In this document: in pieces, positions 19,105-29,623 of the stretch
How positions within the stretch are numbered: the stretch's first letter is position 1
Layout: every line of letters begins with the position of its first letter
Source: Myxococcota bacterium
GTDB taxonomy: Bacteria > Myxococcota_A > UBA796 > GCA-2862545
Reading direction: 5' to 3'
DNA length: 47,332 bases
Assembly (NCBI GenBank): GCA_039208735.1
Contig: JBCCQY010000057.1
Span: forward strand, 1-47,332
Position numbers and translations under genes: made by a program
The notes under the pieces: generated by a model
What the model was told of the DNA's origin: nothing
Database searches by the model: none
The model's input: only the letters and a program-made list of their open reading frames with translations

Positions 19105-20747
19105 CGAATGCGATACGAAGGGTACGTGGGGATCTCTTCCAGTACCGTCTTGCATAGCAAACGGGCCTGGACTTCCAAGATGCGGCGGTAGGACATGCGA
19201 GTCGCAAATCGTGGATGGGTCGCTTGCTGTGCCATGCGCCTCTCGAAGGCCCGAATGAACGCCTTTCGCCCAGTTGGCAGCAACGTTGTTCCGAGTCGCC
19301 CGACATGAAAATCGTCACGCCCGAGTGTGCCATTGTTCAAGGCTCCAACGACCACGGAGTCAGCAAGTACGGGGCGGAATTCCTCCATGAGGTCAAGGGC
19401 CAGTGCGGGTTTACCAGGACGAGGGCGATGAAGGAATCCCACCCACGCGTCGAGTCCAACCCCGACGAGAGCTGAGGTGACTTCTCGGACCAAGAACGCG
19501 TAGCTTAGGGAGAGCAGTGCATTGACCGGATCCTTCGGCGGACGTCGGTTTCGCCCTTCGAAGTCGAAGCCCTGCTGAATGGCTTCCGACTTCAACATCC
19601 GATCGAAATGCTCGAAATAGCGTCGGGCGGCACGACCCTCCACCCCGTAGAGCTCGTTCAAATTTGAGACACGCAGCGCCCGCTCGGAGAGTTCCCTCAG
19701 CTCCTCCAAGACGTCAGGGTCGACGTACCCTGCGTTTCGTCGCAAGAAGACGCGCTGGTTCGCAACCTTCCCGCTCACGATGCGACCCGCGATCGCCAAT
19801 GACCGCCGCGCATCATTGGCCATCCGATGCTGTGCCATTCGGCCGAGCACATTGTGCCCACTGACTGGTAGAAACGACCCCACCACATGGTTCGACCATC
19901 CGTGGACCGACAGCGGCGTGTCCTGCGCTGCGAGTGCCTGCAGCAATGGCGTGGTCACCGATGCCGCGCCTGTCACGACGACACGCGACGTGTCGCTCAT
20001 GCGCACACGCTCAATTTCCCGTCCGTCGGCCTTCACGACGATTTCCCCACCCGATTTGGCGAGCTTCGCGCCGCGGTGCTCTACGTAAAGCGGCACCCCT
20101 TCATCACGCTTGGGAGCCAGCATTCGAACCCGATCGGTCCGGCCATTGAGCACATTGTGCTCATCAGGAAGGCAGAGCCCGACCAGCGAACAGCCCCAAC
20201 ACTTCGGGCTGTCGATGAGCGGCTCGGGAAGGCGACCTGACGCCACGATGGCTTTGGCCCGCTCAATGGCCTTCCGCGTTTCGGCGATCAACTCGTCCGT
20301 AAATCGAACCTCCACCCTGCGCCGACTCTCGGCAAAGTACAACACGGCATGATCGCAGTGAAAGCCGTTGGCCCGCAACAAGAGCCCCTGCGCACAGACT
20401 TGCACGCGCTCGGGCAGATACGCGTGCTCCGGCACGTCAGGAACGCGGCCCTTCTTGTAGTCGACGGGCACCACGTGTGTGCCGTCGACCTCCAACAGGT
20501 CAAGCTTGCCAACGAGCCCGAGTTCATTGCACCCCAAGGTGACGCTGCGGACTTGTGGAGGCGCGGCTTCGGGAGGTTCCGCTGCGGGCAGAGGCTTGGA
20601 CGAAGGGCGATCCACCCGGCGATGAACGGTTCGACCGCGAATCGTATCTGCCGATTCCGCCCACTCGCCGTTCAGGTGTTCCAGCGCGAATAGTCGAGCA
20701 AAATAGACGACTTCATTGACCATTCGCACCGGAATCGGCTGGCTCAT
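19101..20747 (-). CDS. cas1: Cas4-Cas1 fusion
   Basis: Cas4 part: GKLDLLE, PVDYKKG, QVCAQ, CWGCSLVGLC. Cas1 part: GVEGRAARRYF, RNRRPPKDPVNALLS, GFLH, LALDLMEEFRP. Confidence 0.95.
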   Translation of the reverse strand: MSQPIPVRMVNEVVYFARLFALEHLNGEWAESADTIRGRTVHRRVDRPSSKPLPAAEPPEAAPPQVRSVTLGCNELGLVGKLDLLEVDGTHVVPVDYKKGRVPDVPEHAYLPERVQVCAQGLLLRANGFHCDHAVLYFAESRRRVEVRFTDELIAETRKAIERAKAIVASGRLPEPLIDSPKCWGCSLVGLCLPDEHNVLNGRTDRVRMLAPKRDEGVPLYVEHRGAKLAKSGGEIVVKADGREIERVRMSDTSRVVVTGAASVTTPLLQALAAQDTPLSVHGWSNHVVGSFLPVSGHNVLGRMAQHRMANDARRSLAIAGRIVSGKVANQRVFLRRNAGYVDPDVLEELRELSERALRVSNLNELYGVEGRAARRYFEHFDRMLKSEAIQQGFDFEGRNRRPPKDPVNALLSLSYAFLVREVTSALVGVGLDAWVGFLHRPRPGKPALALDLMEEFRPVLADSVVVGALNNGTLGRDDFHVGRLGTTLLPTGRKAFIRAFERRMAQQATHPRFATRMSYRRILEVQARLLCKTVLEEIPTYPSYRIR

Positions 20748-22240
20748 GGCCCCAGAGGCTCGAAACGTCCCAGACCAAGGTGCGCAGCATATCCAAGCGC
20801 GATGGGTCCGGAAACGGGTTGTGCAAAATGAAGTTCGAATCCAAATCCACGCAACCCGAAGGGCAACGCCGGGCGCCGACGCCTAGGTCGGGACCTTCGA
20901 AATCGAAGCCATCCCCCTGGGGGTTCCCATGCCACAATCGCATCGGGCCTCGGCAGACCCAACTGCTCCAACGCGCGACCTACCTGGTCTTCTGGACCAT
21001 CACGGCGGATGCTGCCATCGGGCCGTCGTTTGGGATGCCGTTGAAGGATCATGGGGGTCACACTGCGCCAACGTGACGCTCGGCCCAAAGTCGGAGGACG
21101 GGTCGTTAGGTTCCGAAGGTCATCCTGGTTCCACAACGCCTCCAGGACGAGTTCGAAAGGTTGCATTTCACTTCCACGTTGCCGAAGGCGGAAGCTTCGC
21201 AATCGCTTGAGGACCGTCGCCTCGTCGAGTGCTAGGCCCTCGGCGGCCATCGCGGGGAGAGCGACATGGACGTGCGTTACACGCGCACGGTCTCGTCCTG
21301 TCAATGCCTCGCAGCTTGCCAAGATGTAGGCATGCTGCTGATTCACGAGCGGAAGGCCCTCCGCGTCACGTCCGATCAGCCGTGGAATCGCGTACCCATC
21401 CCCGATCTTGGCAAGCCGGGCATGGATCGCGTCAGCCACCTCGAGGGCACGAGTCATTAGAGGTCGGATCCCCTCCCGAGGCCGCACGGTGTACCGTGCC
21501 ACCCGCACCGCCAATGAAGCCCGTAGGACGCTGCTCCGTCGTGGTCGAACAGGAATGGGTTCGGGACTGTAGCGAATCGAACGCACACCAGGCGGCGCTG
21601 ACCAACGAGCCCGCTGAAGATCTCGCGTTCGGATCGTAAGGGCACCCCACAGATCGTCCGGAGGACGATGGGAAGCCTTAGGGATCTGCGGCACGGTCTT
21701 CTGTCGCCAGACTGCGTAATCACCCGTCGACATCGCCGCTTGCAGGGACAAGCTTCCACCCTCCGGGTCTGGATGCAGATTGGCGTGGATTGGGCCGTCT
21801 CGATCAAGCCGCACCTCGGCCCAACTCTCGGCACGACCGAGGTAGCGGACCTGCCGAGCGATTCGATCCAGCAATGCCATCGCTTCGTCATCCAACGAGG
21901 CCCCAGGAAACCCAATCCGGAGGAGTGCACGATCCCACGGCATCAGGACGAACGTATCGAAAACCAGGGTGGGCTTTCCATCGGTTGGCATGTACTGGCG
22001 AGTGTGCCCTTCCGTGAATCGCGGCAACTGGTATACCGGGTCAACGTTTGCAAGGCCCGCAATGAGGTCACGCATCTGGCTTTCACCTTCCGGTTCCGAC
22101 AATTTGAACCAGCCTGCCACCAGCGCTCGAAGCAAGCGCCAAGGAGACGGTGGCCACTCGACGAGACCTTCGTTGACGTGGTGGTTCCACGGTGTGGCGT
22201 GGTATCGACCCGCCACAAACTCCACACGCAACCCAACCAC
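20744..22240 (-). CDS. csb2: Type I-G Csb2 (Cas5/Cas6 fusion)
   Basis: GRYHATPWNHHVNEGLVEWPPSPWRLLRALVA, YLGRAESW, WRSVTP, C-terminal GPIALGYAAHLGLGRF. Confidence 0.93.
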   Translation of the reverse strand: MVGLRVEFVAGRYHATPWNHHVNEGLVEWPPSPWRLLRALVAGWFKLSEPEGESQMRDLIAGLANVDPVYQLPRFTEGHTRQYMPTDGKPTLVFDTFVLMPWDRALLRIGFPGASLDDEAMALLDRIARQVRYLGRAESWAEVRLDRDGPIHANLHPDPEGGSLSLQAAMSTGDYAVWRQKTVPQIPKASHRPPDDLWGALTIRTRDLQRARWSAPPGVRSIRYSPEPIPVRPRRSSVLRASLAVRVARYTVRPREGIRPLMTRALEVADAIHARLAKIGDGYAIPRLIGRDAEGLPLVNQQHAYILASCEALTGRDRARVTHVHVALPAMAAEGLALDEATVLKRLRSFRLRQRGSEMQPFELVLEALWNQDDLRNLTTRPPTLGRASRWRSVTPMILQRHPKRRPDGSIRRDGPEDQVGRALEQLGLPRPDAIVAWEPPGGWLRFRRSRPRRRRPALPFGLRGFGFELHFAQPVSGPIALGYAAHLGLGRFEPLGP

Positions 22241-22241
22241 G

Positions 22242-23204
22242 TCAGTCTCCGAACGTGACGATGGTCACGCGGGGGTCGGCGAATTGGGCGGCACACGCTT
22301 CGATCAGGCCCGGCAGGATTTCGCCAAGGTTCGCCGTCGTGAGAAGCTCAAAACCGCTCGGCCGTCGTACGGTCACGGGCTCTGCGACGTCCAGGTCACA
22401 AGCCGTCCGTAGTCGAAGCCCTTCCTCTAAGAATCGCCCAATCTTCCAAAGCGAGAGCGCAAACAGGAGCTGCTCGGCTTCGGGGCCGAGTTGGTAGCTC
22501 CGGAGCTGTACCAAATCGACATTGAAATACGCGGTGATCGAAGCGGCCGTGAACTCCTCACGATGGAACGGAACGTTACCGAAGCCGTCCTTTGCGGTCC
22601 GTCCCTCGGCGGCGTCGGCCTTCGCACTCACCCGATCGTTTTTGACCCCGCCGTACGGTACGCGCTCCACTCCCTCAGCTTCGATGAATCCGGATACTAA
22701 ACGAGGAACGCGCAGCACTCCCGCGATGCTCTCGAGAAAGCAGCCGTGGATGAGTGAATTCGGATCATAACGAAAGAGGGCAGCGGCCAGCTTTCGGGCG
22801 TCGTGAGGGCGACTGGCTTGGTAGCCAATCTCGGTTGCGAGGCGTTTGTGAAACCCTTCCTTCTCCCCATTCCAGACACTCTTCTCGATATACGGGCTGT
22901 TCAATCGGTGGGCTTCCTCCAATGAAGAGGTCAACGGCATGCCACCCTGGTCGACCCGCACGTAGGGCAAGCCTCGAAGCTCGGAAACCAGCTCGCCATC
23001 GGCCGTGACACAAACCGATTCAAGACGATTCGCGACACTCTGCGGAGACTCGACAAGCACCATGGGTACTGTCCCGTCCTTTTTAGGCCGGTCGTAGGTC
23101 GCAGGACCCAAATCGGGGAATCCCGTCGGCTGAAAACGTGCCCCTTGGATGGGCTTCAAGGCAACGTCTAACAAAAGGCGAGACGCGTCAGGTACGTCGA
23201 TCAT
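22242..23204 (-). CDS. csb1: Type I-G Cas7 (Csb1)
   Basis: RFQPTGFPDLG, LVESPQSVANRLE, EAHRLNS, DPNSLIHGCF, GGVKNDRV, GFGNVPFHR, LRLRTACDL. Confidence 0.95.
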   Translation of the reverse strand: MIDVPDASRLLLDVALKPIQGARFQPTGFPDLGPATYDRPKKDGTVPMVLVESPQSVANRLESVCVTADGELVSELRGLPYVRVDQGGMPLTSSLEEAHRLNSPYIEKSVWNGEKEGFHKRLATEIGYQASRPHDARKLAAALFRYDPNSLIHGCFLESIAGVLRVPRLVSGFIEAEGVERVPYGGVKNDRVSAKADAAEGRTAKDGFGNVPFHREEFTAASITAYFNVDLVQLRSYQLGPEAEQLLFALSLWKIGRFLEEGLRLRTACDLDVAEPVTVRRPSGFELLTTANLGEILPGLIEACAAQFADPRVTIVTFGD

Positions 23205-25438
23205 GAGGTCTCCACAGTGATAGCATCAGAGGATTCGCGTCCGAAGACGACGGAGGTAAGTGAAACCAGGGTTCGGTCCGCAAGGGGAAATGCCAAGCTG
23301 GCGATGACGCGACGCGTTCGAGATGGCGTCGCGTATTGTGTACCGACGGGGATGCCTCGATCTCCTGAAGCGTACGACTCGCCTCGCTCATGGCGCAGGG
23401 TCCCGCTTTGCAGGCGGCGCATGGCCGTACGACTTAGGGCATTGGCATCGCCTTTCGTACCGGATGCAATCAGGCCTTGGATGCGTCGAGGATTCGCATC
23501 GTCCGATGAGTCCAGTCGCCGCTGATCCCAGGCCAAGGCGGCCATGGCCCATAGAGGGTCGATCGGCAGTTGCGACACCTTCGGATGGATTGATGACGTC
23601 TTCTTTGGTTGCAACCCGACGAGAGAAAGCGCTTCGGCAAGCGAAGCGATCTTTTCGTCGTCGAGTTCTGCATTTAAGAACCGCTGAATATCGTCCGAGA
23701 GCGCTTCCGCACCTCCGAACTTTGGTTCGAGCCCTTCCATTGCGAGTTCGGGCGCCTGGCTGCGTGCCACCCTGACCATCGAGAGTTCCACCGCCTGACG
23801 CCGTATGACCGCAATCAGCGCATCCACCAGCAGACCGCGTCGCCACACTACACCGGGATCGTTCCTTGCTGACCAGTCATACCGGCGTCGGAGTTCAAGG
23901 ACCGCAATGCGTCGCCGAAGGTCGGACTCGGCGAGGCTTCGCGCCAATCGATACTCTGGGCTGCCATCATCCGCGCGGTCCATCCAGCGCTTTGGTAGCG
24001 GAGGCACGGGTCGAACCTTGGCTCGTAGCGAAGGTGAGCGTGCACAGACCGCTTCGAGGTTTGCGAGGGCAACCAGGACCGCTTGAACTTGCGATGGCTG
24101 CTGCTTGCCTCGGCCGAGGTCGAGCAGGGAGCGTGCAAGGACGTTTCCCGCGGCACGTTGCGTGGCGGGGGATTCGGAGCCGCTCACCTCGCGACGTGAT
24201 TGTGCGATCCATCGGTCCAATGCCGGACTGATAAGGTCAAGCACGGTCCTCCGCTGCACGGTCCATCGACCCAAAGGCGTGGCAAAATACGCAAGGCCAT
24301 TGCGTTTCAGAAAGCCGTAGCGAACGAAGGATGAGACTCCGCGGTCCACGCCTAGGGTTCCCAGGGCCCGGGCGAAATCCACGGCATCCACCGCCGGCCG
24401 TCGTCCAACCGTGGCTCGACCCTCTGCGAACAAGCGTTGAACCTCACTCCATGCCGCGGGCCGTGACCAAAGGGGAAGCCAAATTTCAGCCCGCGATGCA
24501 CTCGATGCACCATCGGTCTCGGCAATGCTCGCCGCTCCCGCGCCCGTCGTTCGAACCGTGAAGGGATACGACAGTGCCCCGCCGGTCGACGACTCCATCC
24601 TTCGCGTGGCTGCGCTGGCGAGCACCAATGCGCCCTCCATCATCAAGATGAAGTCCCATGGATTGACGATGCTCGAGTTTACGCCAAAGCCCTCGTTCCG
24701 ATTCGCACCGCCGGCGGATGCTGGATCGTACTGGCCCACTGCGGCACTCACGAGCCCGGGCACCGGATCTCCAAAAAGGGCTCCATCTAGCCAGGCGACA
24801 CTCGCCTCGGTCGGCGCACCCGTGTCGACATCCATGATTTCAGAAAGCCGACGATGCAGGTTGTTGGCAAAGTCCAACGCACCGTCGTTGCCACCTGTGC
24901 CAAGTAAGGGAGGGAAGCGCGCATCCCGCTCACCCACCATCACTACGGCATCCAACCAGGCCAGGGCCTGATCGTCAGCGTTGTCGCGCAACGTAGCCAG
25001 CAGGCGCCGTTTCTCGTCAGGTTTGGGCACGGTCTCGAGCCCCTGTTCTTGGACCGCCTGCTGGCAAAAGTGGACAAACGTCCGGATGGGCTCAAGGCGC
25101 GACGCTTTCGAAGCAGCAATTGCGTCTGTTGCTCGAGTCATTTCGGTGGGTTTGTCGAAGCGGGCCTTGCCGGTTTCCGGGTCCTTGGAGCCCCTGCGCA
25201 TGAAGAGCCCCCCTCCGCCATTCCAGGCAGCAAGGATGGGCGTGGGCGAATATCGCTCGGTGAAGAAGCCTAGAAGCGAAGTTCGATCCAAGGGACTGGA
25301 CAATACGAAGCCGTTGTTCTGCCAATTCCCGCGAACCTCACCCCCCGCCTGCTCGGCGACCAAACGCAGGACCCCGAGGGCCTTGAGGTAATCCGCGAGT
25401 GGCTCAGGGTTGCAGCCTGTCAAGACCAGTTCATGCAT
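23201..25438 (-). CDS. csx17: Type I-G large subunit Cas8g (Csx17)
   Basis: MHELVLTGCNPEPLADYLKALGVLRLVAEQ, PLLGTGGNDG, NPWDFILMMEG, EIWLPLW, RYGFLKRNGLAYFA. Confidence 0.93.
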   Translation of the reverse strand: MHELVLTGCNPEPLADYLKALGVLRLVAEQAGGEVRGNWQNNGFVLSSPLDRTSLLGFFTERYSPTPILAAWNGGGGLFMRRGSKDPETGKARFDKPTEMTRATDAIAASKASRLEPIRTFVHFCQQAVQEQGLETVPKPDEKRRLLATLRDNADDQALAWLDAVVMVGERDARFPPLLGTGGNDGALDFANNLHRRLSEIMDVDTGAPTEASVAWLDGALFGDPVPGLVSAAVGQYDPASAGGANRNEGFGVNSSIVNPWDFILMMEGALVLASAATRRMESSTGGALSYPFTVRTTGAGAASIAETDGASSASRAEIWLPLWSRPAAWSEVQRLFAEGRATVGRRPAVDAVDFARALGTLGVDRGVSSFVRYGFLKRNGLAYFATPLGRWTVQRRTVLDLISPALDRWIAQSRREVSGSESPATQRAAGNVLARSLLDLGRGKQQPSQVQAVLVALANLEAVCARSPSLRAKVRPVPPLPKRWMDRADDGSPEYRLARSLAESDLRRRIAVLELRRRYDWSARNDPGVVWRRGLLVDALIAVIRRQAVELSMVRVARSQAPELAMEGLEPKFGGAEALSDDIQRFLNAELDDEKIASLAEALSLVGLQPKKTSSIHPKVSQLPIDPLWAMAALAWDQRRLDSSDDANPRRIQGLIASGTKGDANALSRTAMRRLQSGTLRHERGESYASGDRGIPVGTQYATPSRTRRVIASLAFPLADRTLVSLTSVVFGRESSDAITVETS

Positions 25439-27899
25439 CGTGATTGACCTCGGGTGGTGTGAACCGTGATGGATGACCCGAGGCCCGCCAGTCCGCGATT
25501 CGGACCAGGGTTTCGAGAAAGGCAAGGCGGTACGGACCGTGTTGCTCCATCAAGATCAAGACGCGTTCGACCCAGCTCGCACGGGAACCGCCGCCCAACG
25601 CCATGACGGAAAGGTCGAGGGACACCTCCTGTGTCGTCAGTCCTCCACCCAGGTCCGTAGCGGGCAGGACTTCACCGTCGTAGACGCCGAGGGCGAGACG
25701 CACTTCCGCATCCTCGGCCAAGCCAAGCTCTGATAGCACTTTGCTGTCCGGAGTTTCCCCGGGCCGAGATCGAATCGCCATGCGTACTTTGCCATGATGG
25801 GCGGCAATGAGGTAGGCGACGAGGTCATCGGGATCCTCGTGCTGCAGGTAAGCAAGCGCACTGGCCAACTCGTGCCGGAAATGCTTTCGGGGATTGGGAA
25901 TGGGCGATGGTGCATGTAGGGGGCGTTTGGCCCACGGACCGGAATCTGGAAAGGAGTGGTGGGACGTGATCATGGCCTGCCACGCTGGATGGACCTTTCC
26001 CAGGTCATGCCAATGGGCTGCGAGCACGACGGCTGCCCATGGCAAGGAGGAATCCAGTTCAATGAGGGATTGACTCAATGACTCGGCGTGATCACGTACG
26101 TCGAGCGCGTGGTCTTGGAGTCGAATGTAGGCGTTCTTTTTGATGAGCGCGTCGGGGTCGTCATCGTCGGCCTCGACGGGAATGGGCTTGTGGACAACGA
26201 CGACCGGTGGTCGATCCGTTCGCGTGCCTGTAAATCCGAGCGACTGTGATGGGTCCTCCGGATCGACATGGTAGCCACCTACCGCTGTACGGAGGAGCAC
26301 GGTGCTGCCTGGTACGACCCGCCGGCCCCGAACCCAGCTTCCACGACGCTTTGTTCCATCGGACGTCGAAGCGAGCGGATCCCACATCCACCAAGCGTGG
26401 GTTCGTGTGAGCTGTTCAAAGGCAGCGACGGGCACCCGACACAACTCATCACGCGCCAAGGCATTTCGACCTTCGGTTGGATCATCGAGACCGGGCGGAC
26501 GGTCCTTCGTACCTGACCAATCACGCCAGGCCACCTGAACCTCCGGCCCGCCGTCATCTCGGATGAAGCGAGACACGTCGATGTCGAATCCCGAGAGGTC
26601 CGAGGTGTTGTCAAAGAGGTCCTGAAGGTCCCGGCGGCGCAACACGGGCCCGGTGGGCGTTGCAAACGCGGGATGGCCAACCTTGAGACGGGCTGGGCCT
26701 ACCTCCTGGTGCTGGAGGAGTAGCGACCGTGCATGCTCGAATTCCTCGGCGGTATATGGAGGAGCGACCTTGTCGTTGCCCGGCAGGTCAACCCAATAGA
26801 TATCGGCGCCCGACTGGACTTCACCGTAGCGATTGCAACGCCCAAACCGCTGGACCAAAGAGGGCCATGGTGCGAGTTCCGTGATCATGGTGCTGCACGT
26901 CAGGTCGACTCCCGCTTCGATCGCCTGCGTCGCGACAACAATTCCATCAAAATCCTTGTCCAGAGCCGCCTGGGCGACGGCTTGGCGGTCTGGTGGACGA
27001 AAACGGCTGTGCAACACCACGACCTTTCCCGAAGTGGTTCGTCGAAGCCGCTGAACAACCGCAATCGCCCGCGCCACGCGATTTACGATCACAATGGTGC
27101 GCCCATTGTTCTTCGCATGCCGGTCCACGATGAACGGAGCCAGCTCACGAGCATAGGCATCGTCTTTTGCATTGAATTCAACCGACGCGCGGTACAACCG
27201 TTTTACGGACTCGAGGCGTGGTTGAAGCTTTTCATGAGTGCGATCGGCCTCTTGGATGTCTTGTGTGGTGAGCGCCTGGCCTCGTAGGTCGATGGTGGCA
27301 AGTTTGCGCTCATCGAGCGTTGCACTCATCCAGACCGACGTACGGGAACCGTAGGTCGCGTGCGAAAAACCTTGGAGCTGAGCTGATGTGGACAACCCGA
27401 CGCCCATCAGCTGGATCTCATCCATGACCCACAACACGTCGTTGTTGAGCAGTGCAAAATGGACCGGCCACCGAAAGCGCGACATTCCGTAGCCCCGATT
27501 GAGCGCACGGGAAAGCAACTGATCTTGCGTTCCCACCAATATAGAATCCCGCTCCGGCTCCATCTCCCAGTCGACGGAAACCGCGCCACCCATCAGGCTG
27601 TGAAGCCCAACGTCGTCAAGTAGTCCGAGTTGCTTCAACCAACCCTGTGTTGCATTCACAGTTTGTGAAACCAACGATCGCATCGGCAAACAGAAGACCA
27701 GTCGGCGAGGTGTAGAAGAGCGAAGCTCGGAAGATGCAAATCGGCGTCGCCAGAGCCATCCCAGCACAGCGGTTGCCGTCTTACCCGCACCAGTTGGAGC
27801 TCGCAATAGGTCAGGCAGCTTCTCGGATTCAGCAAATTCAATCTGGTACGGATAGGGATCGTACCCCGTCGCACCTCGGAAGAGCTCTGGAAATTCCAT
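25431..27899 (-). CDS. cas3: Type I-G Cas3 (SF2 helicase with C-terminal HD nuclease)
   Basis: APTGAGKT, MDEIQLM, MSATL, HSRFRP, QRFGRCNRYG; C-terminal HDLGK, RHELAS, HHGK, RIADWRAS. Confidence 0.96.
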   Translation of the reverse strand: MEFPELFRGATGYDPYPYQIEFAESEKLPDLLRAPTGAGKTATAVLGWLWRRRFASSELRSSTPRRLVFCLPMRSLVSQTVNATQGWLKQLGLLDDVGLHSLMGGAVSVDWEMEPERDSILVGTQDQLLSRALNRGYGMSRFRWPVHFALLNNDVLWVMDEIQLMGVGLSTSAQLQGFSHATYGSRTSVWMSATLDERKLATIDLRGQALTTQDIQEADRTHEKLQPRLESVKRLYRASVEFNAKDDAYARELAPFIVDRHAKNNGRTIVIVNRVARAIAVVQRLRRTTSGKVVVLHSRFRPPDRQAVAQAALDKDFDGIVVATQAIEAGVDLTCSTMITELAPWPSLVQRFGRCNRYGEVQSGADIYWVDLPGNDKVAPPYTAEEFEHARSLLLQHQEVGPARLKVGHPAFATPTGPVLRRRDLQDLFDNTSDLSGFDIDVSRFIRDDGGPEVQVAWRDWSGTKDRPPGLDDPTEGRNALARDELCRVPVAAFEQLTRTHAWWMWDPLASTSDGTKRRGSWVRGRRVVPGSTVLLRTAVGGYHVDPEDPSQSLGFTGTRTDRPPVVVVHKPIPVEADDDDPDALIKKNAYIRLQDHALDVRDHAESLSQSLIELDSSLPWAAVVLAAHWHDLGKVHPAWQAMITSHHSFPDSGPWAKRPLHAPSPIPNPRKHFRHELASALAYLQHEDPDDLVAYLIAAHHGKVRMAIRSRPGETPDSKVLSELGLAEDAEVRLALGVYDGEVLPATDLGGGLTTQEVSLDLSVMALGGGSRASWVERVLILMEQHGPYRLAFLETLVRIADWRASGHPSRFTPPEVNHDA

Positions 27900-28404
27900 T
27901 GGATGTCTCGTTGCCTGAATGGGACGGGTACTCAGTGAGCGGGTTGGCAGATGGATATGCCCCCGATCACGAGATGCCGATGCTTGGAAATGACTAGCGG
28001 AATCGATGTTCTAGGTTTCTATCAACCCGCTCACGTGACACCTTCAACGGTGTTGCCGGCCACCCCTCAAGGGCGGGGTTGATTCGGTGAGGAGGGCCGC
28101 CTCAGTCCATGTCGCTTCGGGCGTTGTCGCGGCTCCGGTTCTCCTGCACTTCGCTCAACCTGTTTCATCTGCCCGACCTCGGCGACGGGTGAAGCACGAT
28201 CGAGTAGCTTCACCCTGGCATCCCGCAGCTGTTTCATTGATGTCGAAAGCTAACGCGCTTCGTACAACAACGAAGAACGGCTCGTTTTCTCAATTGGAAA
28301 ACACCCTGATGTAATGATGGCATGCAGCCCGTGAAATTGTTGCAACCTTGGTTTTCGGTCAGTGTGCTGGTCACGAGAGTGTCGCCACTTCAATGGAGGC
28401 TCTT

Positions 28405-28788
28405 GTGAACCGTTCCTTTCCACTGTTGGCCCTTTGTGCGGGCTTAGGGATTGCTGGCGCAGCGGCGGCTAGCACGATTATCGGCAATCCGATCATCAGC
28501 GTACAACTTGATTCTGGCTCTTCCGCTCACATTGGACTCGTTCGCGGGTACACGTGTCCTGGCTACGTTGATGTTTTCGTTGGCGAAACGATCACCACCA
28601 CGACGTTCGCCGAGTTTGAGCTACCCGAGAAGACCTGGTGTGCGATGGACATCGATGTGACTTGGCCAGGGCATTCAACTCCCGACACGCTGGCCGTGAA
28701 GGGATTTTCAACCTTCATCACGGTCGCAGGGGGGCCCGATCGAACGATCACGCTTTTGGCGTCTCCTCCGACCGCGACGCTCGATTGA
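28405..28788 (+). CDS. Secreted hypothetical protein
   Basis: Signal peptide MNRSFPLLALCAGLGIAGAAAA then STIIGNP; GGAGG upstream. Confidence 0.65.
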   Translation: MNRSFPLLALCAGLGIAGAAAASTIIGNPIISVQLDSGSSAHIGLVRGYTCPGYVDVFVGETITTTTFAEFELPEKTWCAMDIDVTWPGHSTPDTLAVKGFSTFITVAGGPDRTITLLASPPTATLD

Positions 28789-29623
28789 AGACGAGAGCCC
28801 GGCTCACGGGTATCAATTGCACGGCCAGTTGATAGGCCCTTCGTTCCTCTGCCGCAGGGTCATCCGCCAGGTCACTGATTTGTTGGATGAGCCGAACGAT
28901 TCGTAGTTTGACCTCCGGTAGTAGCTCGGTGGGCAACGAGACGACGGTGGCCATGAGATGGCGAAGCTCGGCAGGAACGTCTTCCATTCGATCTAGGATG
29001 GCCGGTACCATTCGCTTGTGGAATTCTGCGCTGGCTCGAGCCTCCGTGTCGGGCCGGGTTTGTACCCGGAGGCTTCGGACCTCGACCTTGCCGTCCCGCA
29101 GGTCTAGCAGACTCAGGTCCTGCAGGGTCTGGAGCGCTTCGGCTGCCTCTTCCTCGGTCACCGCAGGAACAAGGGTGCGAGCCAGCCACCGGGGGTCTGC
29201 TCGAAACGAAGGGTGCCGCGCAAGTTCACGGACCACCGGATAATACCAGCGTGAAAGATAAATCTCGAAGACGTCAGGCCGATCCTCAATCCACTCCGAA
29301 TGACCCGTTTGGGGCTGCTCGGTGATCTTACGAACGATCTGCCGTCGTTGCTCGATAGATGATGCCGTATTCAGTTCGACAAGCAGCCCTAGATGCATTC
29401 GTTCGGAGGGGCAAAGTCCAATCGCCCGAGCGAATTTGTCGAGGGTCTCGGGCTTTGGGGTGCGCCCATCGTAAAGCACATTGTGAAGCGTCGACCGCGC
29501 CAGACCTGAGGCCTTCCCGAACACACCATGGGAGTAGCTTGGATCGATGTGCTTCTTGTACGCGAGCCAATCCTTCAGGTACCGGCGAAAGTCGAGGTAG
29601 TGAGTCAGGCGTGGTGGTGTCAT
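28748..29623 (-). CDS. TIGR02147-family protein (HTH plus DUF4423)
   Basis: YLDFRRYLKDW...SYS...FGKASGL...YLSRWYYPVVRELA...DPRWLARTLVP...AYQLAVQLIPVS. Confidence 0.85.
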   Translation of the reverse strand: MTPPRLTHYLDFRRYLKDWLAYKKHIDPSYSHGVFGKASGLARSTLHNVLYDGRTPKPETLDKFARAIGLCPSERMHLGLLVELNTASSIEQRRQIVRKITEQPQTGHSEWIEDRPDVFEIYLSRWYYPVVRELARHPSFRADPRWLARTLVPAVTEEEAAEALQTLQDLSLLDLRDGKVEVRSLRVQTRPDTEARASAEFHKRMVPAILDRMEDVPAELRHLMATVVSLPTELLPEVKLRIVRLIQQISDLADDPAAEERRAYQLAVQLIPVSRALVFNRASRSEETPKA

